Assembly: GCA_011109175.1 (NCBI GenBank)
Contig: RDEW01000029.1
Coordinates: 127,158-160,157 of the forward strand
Source of the DNA: Dicyema japonicum
Taxonomy: Eukaryota > Animalia > Dicyemida
Length of the DNA: 33,000 nucleotides
Direction of reading: 5' to 3'
Shown: positions 25,303 to 33,000 of the stretch, piece by piece
Layout: each line of letters begins with the position of its first letter
Numbering within the stretch: the first letter of the stretch is position 1
The notes under the pieces: model-generated
Told to the model about the DNA's origin: nothing
Seen by the model: only the letters and a program-made list of their open reading frames with translations
Databases searched by the model: none
Position numbers and translations under genes: made by a program

Positions 25303-25396
25303 TGTGGGAACCCATCCAGTGGAGTGGGAGAGAGCAAATGATCATTTTCGTGTCACCCAGGCAATGGTCACGACCCGAGACCGATGGATCACGTGA
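25303..25396 (+). repeat. Dispersed repeat of about 95 bp, copy 1
   Basis: Aligns with 28087-28181 (tgtgggaacc..gagagcaaatga..tgtca..gagacc..gatca). Confidence 0.75.
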
Positions 25397-25801
25397 AGCC
25401 AAAAGAAAACGAGTGAAATCAATAATAAATCAGAGATACTTGTGTTATACGTAATATGATCATTACCATGAGTCTTAAATTCCTAAAATAATTGTTGGAC
25501 CAAAATAATCAGCTTCTATTAAAAGTTGATTTAATTATTGAATATTAAAAAAATATTTATTTAAAAAATTAATATTATGTGATATGTCGGACTGACCATC
25601 ACCTGTCATTCAATCATTTTGCCTATCATTAATGATGACATTAATCGTAAATCAATTATAACTTTATTATATTTAATTATCAAGTTTTCTTGCACGACAC
25701 ATTTTAATTATTTTTGATTTTTTGAAAGCTCTTCAATATGAGTATTCTTAACGGGGGCACTGGAACATATGGAATTTTAATTTTCTTAATTTAAATCGGT
25801 T

Positions 25802-26117
25802 CAGACACCTGGAGCAGCTGCTTCGAGTGCTGAGAACCTAAAAATCAAGAAATATTCTTGCCTCGGGGATCGCTACCGATTTACTCCTGTTGCGACCGAA
25901 TCATCGGGAGCCGTTGGTCCAATGACGGCTGAGTTCTTGCGAGAACTCGGAGGATTGCTTGCCAGAAAGAAAAGGGATCAACGAGAAGAGTTATGGCTTA
26001 GACAAAAGATTGGAATAGCCATACTCCGAGGAAACTCGTTCGCAATCCACGCAGCAGGCTTCCTCAACTGACATTTGTTTAATTGCTTAAAAAAAATTTT
26101 TTGTTTAAAAAAAAAAA
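25802..26117 (+). mobile_element. 5'-truncated CRE-like retrotransposon 3' end with poly(A)
   Basis: Uninterrupted frame PGAAASSAENLKIKKY...FTPVATESSG...WLRQKIGIAILRGNS, TGA at 26069-26071, then a short UTR and an A11 run. Confidence 0.88.
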
Positions 26118-26262
26118 ATTATTATAAATATTTGCATTATGTTTTATAAATAATTTATTACGTACTGTCATAATTAACTATACTTTTCTTGCGTGTACTT
26201 TTAAAAAAATTATTTACTGATATATTTATAAATATTTTCTAATTGTATTTAATATTTTATAG

Positions 26263-26910
26263 ATGTGTGACAAAAAAGTAAAACGACGTAAATGTTCATG
26301 AATACTTAAAGTTTGGAGTGATACCCTACGGGCACTACAAATTACTTCCTATTGTCTTAGTGTAAGAAGGTATCTACAAATGAAGGAATGAAGCCCTCAA
26401 GAATGTCAAATCATCTTGAGATTTTTCTTCCTGAGAAGCTGACGCAGATGTTGTTCACTTTTCTAATCTGAAATATAATTAGGGAAATCGTCTTATGATC
26501 AATCAAATATTTACAAAAAATTCGAAGATGCTTGAACAAGGCCTATTAGCATCATAAAATATCGCAATTGATAGCAAAATCAGGAAAACCTCATACCATT
26601 GGCAAGTCTGTAATGCACATGCTCGATTGAAATTTTCGAATTTTTTAATTTTGTGAAAATTGCAATTTAAAAATGAAATGTTTTTTAATTCTTTTAGTTT
26701 TTTTAACAACTACTGTGTTAATGGAATAAAATCAACTGCTTTATTTGTAAAGTTATTCAAAAATTTTGGGTGGCTTTACATGTGCTCTGGACTGTACAAG
26801 CTGTCAAAGCAATATTTGACTTAATGGTTGACTGCAACAGTTCTGTCTCCTCCAGAATTGAAGAAATGGCATCTGATATTGAAGAAACCTTATGCTCACT
26901 GTTAAGGTCT
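26263..26910 (+). mobile_element. Decayed Buster-type hAT transposase, N-terminal part
   Basis: EYLKFG, NEGMKPSRMSNHL, GLLAS and SRIEEMASDIEETL match ZBED5/ZBED8-type transposases; many stops. Confidence 0.8.
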
Positions 26911-27559
26911 CCTATGCTTAATTTTTTAATTTTAAATTAATATTTGATAATATTAATTTTGGTCTCCCTGGTTTTGACATGGGACGGGATTGTCTCCACG
27001 TACTACAGAAATCATTTGAAAGCTGTCGATTGATGTGACATTAGCGTATATTCAATCGGTGGTTTTAAAGAAGACATTAGAAAGCATTATTGTCGCGCAC
27101 AAAAATGGAATCAAGACACCAACTGACGAAATTTTTTACGCGTTGAGGCGACTGGAAGAGCGAACAACTCATTATATTGGCGGACCCACAGTCCGAGGAA
27201 AAAGTGGATGGCTGGTGAAGACCCTCGTAAAATAAGGATATGTTAGTTTAGTTTACCCTCATCATAGTTGACATTAATTTTATTCAAATTCAAAAATTTT
27301 CTCAAAATCTGGTCATTTGGCAGTGCGCTCTAATGATAGAAAATCAGTTCCGACGTAAAATTTGAAAAAATGGCCAAATAAATCAACAATTGATAAAAAT
27401 TGCATCTTAATGCGCGCTGACTTACAAAAGGTTAAAAACTTAATAATTTCTGCTGGTTCTTCATAAGGCATCTCAAAACGGTAAGTCTTAATTACGGATT
27501 CATCACGTCCATCTCTTCGGCTGATTGAAAAAAACTCTTACTATAGTTTTCGGGAGGTC

Positions 27560-28060
27560 TGGACGGGACTGAGAGCTGGATTCCCGAAGAACGCTAATAA
27601 ACAACGAGAATGGGACAAGCTTTTAAGCTCTAAGGTCAGAGATAAAACCTGTGCTTGATCGGCATGGATGTCTGCATTCTGCATTGACGAACAAGAGTGG
27701 AGCCTGGATCAGAGCATTACCGTTGACCTCACTGGACACTATTGGATGACGACGCGACCAGGATTGGCGTTTCCGTCCGCCTCGGAATGGATGTTTGCAC
27801 GATCCATTGGTGTAGATGTGGAGGAATGGTCGACGCGAAAGGTCTTCACGCTCAGGAGACTGTTTGGGCACGTGCTTAGAATGAACGTGAATGCCCAATA
27901 ATGGACAATTACTTCAACAATGAGGACAGGCCTAAAGTCACTCTCCATGTGACTCTAAATAGGGATCTTTATGGGATTGGAAGAAAACCTAAACGTGCGG
28001 ACGACTTTGAAGATGCAAACAACAGAGACCGATGGAGACGCCTAGTGAAGAAAATTTTGA
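27560..28060 (+). mobile_element. Decayed RTE-clade LINE ORF C-terminus
   Basis: RRLFGHVLRM and DANNRDRWRRLVK motifs; same family as 3800-4240. Confidence 0.8.
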
Positions 28061-28086
28061 AACGAGACCTTAGTTAACTTGCCGTT

Positions 28087-28181
28087 TGTGGGAACCTTTC
28101 CAATCGAGTGAGGGAGAGCAAATGAACCTTTTGTATGTCAACCTAGCACTGGCCGTCATCTGAGACCAAAAGATCATATGA
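28087..28181 (+). repeat. Dispersed repeat of about 95 bp, copy 2
   Basis: Aligns with 25303-25396. Confidence 0.75.
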
Positions 28182-29180
28182 CTTACTCTAGAACGATAAG
28201 ATAACTAACAGAGGAAGGTAGAAGAAGCTCTACCATTTAGCCAGTAGGGGAATCGAACAAAAGACCAGAAAATGGAAACGGGATCTAGTAAAGGAGGACT
28301 GTACGTTCCAAGAGACCGTGTTCGACATAAGTGGGCAAAGTGGCCACTTTACTTGTCATAGACGATAAACGACATAAAGAGCGTTCTCAGTGATACTTAT
28401 ACTCTTGAAGATAGAAACTTCAAGGAAGAACTCTTAGCAAAAAAGTAAAATAGTCTCCTGGTGGAATGAAGAGATGGATCTGTTTGAATACCTCCAAAAG
28501 AAATCTTCAATTAAGTAGCCACATGGAACCACGTGCCTAGTTATATTCATAATTAAAGGATAAGTTTATGAAATATTTTGGTTAGAAAAGGGATAAAAAG
28601 CTCATTCGGATTAGGTAGATCACTTAGTATGGTTAGGGATGAGTTGGTGCTCTTTACATGCAGTAAATACCGCCGTAATAGCAGTTAGAGTCTCAGTGTT
28701 CAGCATTTCTTGTACAATCCAAAGGCTGCTGATAATCTATGTCCCTACCAGTGAGGACGGTATCATCAGTGTATGAAAAGAGAGGTACAGGTTAAAGAGT
28801 CAGCCGAACGTGGGGAACTCCATTGGAAAGGAAATGAGTCTTCGAGGACCGCTCAATGATAGGTTAGTTTGGCTCACCTACTCGATTAGTGCTGACCTGT
28901 TTAGCCTATCGTATTCTACAGACCAGCTTATTAGAGGAAACAGAGAGGGGGATACCGGAGAGATCTTGGGGAATGATAGTTTATCATTATGCCAAGTAGG
29001 GGTTCTTGTATAAGATCCTCCAGTGCTCAATCACCATTCCCCCTCTTATCATGAGCTTGCAACGTAAACCAAGAGACAAGGCTTCGATCTAAAAAAAGTA
29101 GCACATTTGTCGTTTATGGATGCAGAGACTGCTAGTCAATGACTCTAACGACGTTTCTAAAACCAATATGGTACATAAAA

Positions 29181-29358
29181 ATACAGTGTAGATAATCTAC
29201 TTTAAAGATTAAAGATACAGTGTAGATAATCTTAATCATAGGAGACTCTAATAACGAGTTTCATTAAATGAAGTACAGTAAATCTTCTCAAATCCGCCAT
29301 TCAATGCTCCAAAATACATTTTTCTCTAACAAAATACGACATTTTCTCGAATCCGCCA
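29181..29358 (+). repeat. Two short local duplications
   Basis: atacagtgtagataatct near 29181 and 29215; ttctc(a/g)aatccgcca near 29285 and 29344. Confidence 0.7.
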
Positions 29359-29620
29359 CATTTTTATTAAAAAATCAATTTTTATTCTAAAATTTTATTA
29401 AACGTGTTAAATTATCTCTCAAGTGTTGGTGACGTAACAAGGATGAATAAAATTTTGAAAAAATTCAAATATAATTTTTTATTGTTTTGTTGTTAAAACA
29501 AAATAAAATAAACAAAAAGGTCATATATTGGCCGAAATGCAAATTATAAAATTTATTCAACGTATGCAAAATATCCACTTCCCGGGTGTCCGAAATCTTA
29601 ATTTTTATGAAAATAGCAGG

Positions 29621-29864
29621 ATTGTGCCATGTGGTTACTTGATTGATGATTGCTCCACCTTGGCCAGCATTCGAAAGGATCCATTTATTCATTTAACCGG
29701 GTGACAATTTCGTTCCCCGGACAACGCTCTCTGGATCGCTGTGCTCGTATGAGGGTTCTGCTGGAACGCGTCAGGATCAAGGAATTAGTTAGTTTGGCGT
29801 TATCCCTGGTAAGGTCACGTGGTGCCAACGTTATTGTGGTCCCATGTGGTTACTTGATTGAAGA
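29621..29864 (+). repeat. Direct repeat ccatgtggttacttgattga
   Basis: 20-nt exact match at about 29627 and 29842, both preceded by attgtg. Confidence 0.7.
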
Positions 29865-30149
29865 TTTCCGGTCGCTTCTTCTGTTCCTCCTTTTTCCTTT
29901 CAAAAAGAGTGGCGTCATGTAATCTTTTTGTCTTAGGTTGTGTCCAGTCCCAGGGAAAAGCAACACGATCATTTGTTCTCTCCCAATTCACTGGAAGAGT
30001 TTCCACAACTATAAATTGGGTACACTCCCTTCTGATATCCAGAAAAGATTCACGGGGTTACTTACGACTAACTAATGATCTTCTCTCAAGAAGTTTTTAT
30101 CAAAAGTCTCTCGAAGTTTAATTTATTGTGCTTCTTCCCCCTGTGGACT

Positions 30150-30330
30150 GCACATTCAGATTGTACTCCAGGTCATCGTTTCAAAAATTGAATATGTCCG
30201 TCCCCCGTTGAGGTTTACAATATCCTCACCCAAACTCAATAAGCTAAATTCAATCAGACGGAGAACTACACGTTTGCATCCTACACTATTACAACCCCCT
30301 TCTCACTTTCCTTTCAGAAGAGTCCACGCG
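30150..30330 (+). mobile_element. Possible CR1/L2-type LINE relic
   Basis: YVRPPL...KLNSIRRRTTRL resembles YVRP.LEY...LE.VQRRATR. Confidence 0.35.
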
Positions 30331-30855
30331 GAACCACCCTGTGGTTCTTCTAGAACCAGGATCGACCTAAAAGACCAGGTCGAATTTTTTTGTAAGGATT
30401 CGCGGAGGCTCTACCGTCCTACATTGGAAACCCCCACATGAAGGGTCTGAAATTAATGGAGGCTGGATCACTCAATTAATGTTCTTGGGGGTCTCCAATA
30501 AATGTCGTATACATATGAAAAAATCTGTGACTCTACAATAAAATTGAGAAAACACGATATTAGGGTGACTTTACGGAGGCTATCAAATCACAGTCTTATA
30601 TCCACCAAAGAATTTCATAATTTATCAACTTTTTGAAATCTCATTTTTAAACCAGAAAACCACAGTCCCCAAAGACCACGATAAAACCAAACCACGTGAT
30701 TCAAACACATTGCTGGAGTGACCTCATCTTTTCCTATCTAAACAAATATCAATATTTTATTTTTTGTTATAAATAAAATTATAAATTTAATAAATATTTT
30801 AATGGATAATAATAACAATAAATAAATGAATAAATTTTATCACTGACAGTCTATA

Positions 30856-31746
30856 ATGGTTAATTACTTTCAATAAATTAAAAGAGCACTTTAGGTAGGA
30901 CTTCATCTCAGTTATCAGCCATGAGTAGGAAAAACTTAATTATTTGGCTTAATTGGGTCCTCAAATCGAGTTATGAGCAACTTGAAGATTTATACACAGG
31001 TTTGTTTGTTTGAGGAATCGATAGGGGCTGCTTATTGCCAACTACTACACAGAGCATATCCAAGTAAGTAACTGGCACGTGATTTAGATGTCGTGCCTAT
31101 CAAACGAGTGGCCTTTTCCTCGACAAAAGACTTTGAATATTCCTCAAATTACAATATTTTGAAAAATGGTCTAAAAAACCTAAAGATTGATAAAGTCATA
31201 TTTACCATTATTTTTAGTCCATAGATTCCCGCCGACTAACGGATGGGTGTTACCAAGATCATTTGAGCTTCCTTCAGTGGTTCAAGCATCTGCTTGACAG
31301 TCTCAATATTTACAGTGATGAGGACTACGATGCTCTGGCAGTCCGGGGAAACCAATATCTTGGATCTCCACCAAGTCTGTTCAACGTTTCAATTCAAAGA
31401 CAAAAAAGTATCTTCAAAAAAGATGAATAAAACAAGTCTGATGAACTCGAAGACCAAAATGAGTAGTCAATCCTTAAAAAACTTTGAGGAACATAAACTG
31501 CAGTTGAAAGTGAACGAACTGACAGAACAGGTTGGCTTCTTTTAAACTTTCCCGAAGATGAAGAAATTGTACGACGAGGGCTGTCTGGTTGAGGACGAAA
31601 GGGACTTTTATTACCAAAAACTGGGATCCATCGAAAGATTAATCCACCGAGTCGTGTCGTGCAGTAAAGTCAACCCAACCTCTCTGCTTACTGAACTTTA
31701 TGACATTTTGTATGAAGGTCAACTATCGGATCAGGAAGTTGACTAA
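30856..31746 (+). CDS. MAPRE: Microtubule end-binding protein EB1 (RP/EB family); alternative start 30921
   Basis: CH domain SRKNLIIWLN, TG|AAYCQL, YQDHLSFLQWFK, YDALAVR; EBH domain EDERDFYYQKLGSIE...DILY; six introns of 23-27 nt. Confidence 0.93.
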
Positions 31747-32134
31747 GGCAGCTGTTACAGTTTTAGTTGATCCTTTGTCCTCTTTAAAGTTATGGTCATG
31801 ATTCCCTATAATCTCACATCGACTGGTAATCAACCACAGTCATATCTAATCATAGCGATAAGGGCTGCTATCCTTTATAGACGATCTACGTTCCCCACGT
31901 ATTATCTATCGAACGTTTCTAAAGTTTAACTGAGAGCTGTTAAATATGTAGTTGCATTGAAGTTTTATTTCTTTATCATCCCTCCCGTCGAGGAGAGTCG
32001 TGTTTCCGTTACTTAAACCTCCATTTATGAGGACAAACTATTAAGAAATGAATGAAAGGTTTTGTTAATGGAAGAATGAGGACAGGTCATCGGGAGTGTT
32101 CTTACTCTTCCTTTTCGGTTGCTGTGAGTCAATT

Positions 32135-32650
32135 TTTGGGGACCCCTAGATTTAGAAGATAAAAAATAGGAACCCTAATTTTTAACATTAAAATTTATTT
32201 ATACTACACTAATGTTTTTGCAACTAAAATTTGGAGTATCATTTTGTAAGCTATGAACTGTCAATTTTCTCACAATGTTCTGTCTCCCCTCAACCGGCAT
32301 GTTCTTAGAAGTATATTTCAATTTAGAGTTTGTTTTAAATGCAAAATCAATGTGAATTCTGTCCTGCATATTTATTAAAAGATTTGGGATCTCTGGTCTT
32401 CTGCTACAGATGGTCACACGCATGTTGTCTTCAACCCGAAGACGATCCCTATATCTGTGAGATGTAGCCTCAAATTTGGTCAAAATTTAATTTTTTTACT
32501 ACCATTCACAGGTGCCGCTGCAAAAATATCTGATTTCCTCATTCCACATAGTCTTGGATCAAATTAGAAAATTTATGGCAGGGGTAACTTACAGAAGCCA
32601 TTCTTGAAGTTTTACTTGTTTTATCATGGAACTGGAAAGTTTTTTTTGAT
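32135..32650 (-). mobile_element. Decayed Buster-type hAT C-terminus with putative terminal inverted repeat
   Basis: RYRDRLRVEDNMRVTICSRRPEIPNLL..Q..H matches the hAT dimerisation end; TTTGGGGACCCCTA at 32135-32148 resembles a Buster terminus. Confidence 0.7.
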
Positions 32651-33000
32651 CAACAAATCGACATTCGGAAAGATTTTGTAAATACACGAATGTGTGATTT
32701 TTGCTGCAAATTTTTCTAAAATCAGAAGATATTCTAAAGACGTTGATCTTCTTATTTCTCCGATAGAGGCTGTAACAATCAAAAACAAGACAAAGGAGAA
32801 AATTTATTGAACTTGACTACCCCCGAAATGTTTCTGCCCAGAAGGGGAAATTAGCTTAAGTAGTTGGACATTTATCAGAATTAACTATAAAGAAATTTAT
32901 CGGAGATATTATGTCAACATTGTGTACACGTCAGTGTCATAAGGATGGTAGTATAATGGTTCCGGGTTTGAATATCCCTGCTGTACGTTCCAGCTATAGA

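Noticed and set aside
28228-28262. B-box before A-box on the minus strand, like a permuted tRNA
   Set aside because: The T-stem does not pair and no acceptor or anticodon arm can be built.
32943-32985. tRNA-like GGTAGTATAATGGTT and GGTTTGAAT
   Set aside because: The boxes are too close together and there is no cloverleaf.

Overview
Eukaryotic (animal) genomic DNA, AT-rich, standard genetic code. Genes are split by very short GT-AG introns, which is why the ORF track shows only fragments. I hand-spliced about 55 introns, all 21-29 nt. Tiny introns plus metazoan gene content suggest a dicyemid mesozoan-like genome (inference). Recognisable genes: a short CREB/ATF1-type bZIP lacking the KID, cytosolic asparaginyl-tRNA synthetase, membralin, ZMAT2/Snu23, a La-motif protein, an unknown basic protein, CFAP119, a receptor-type guanylyl cyclase with no visible extracellular or TM part, a divergent Gi/o-like G-alpha, and EB1. 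Intergenic DNA is filled with decayed RTE, CRE-like and other LINEs, Buster-type hAT relics, and small dispersed duplications. The most unexplained signal is the palindrome CACGTG: at least 28 copies against about 4 expected, spread through exons, 24-25 nt introns and TE relics. Also notable are an RFX X-box centred on the CFAP119 start codon and in-frame stopless introns hidden inside ORFs. All models and counts are manual.
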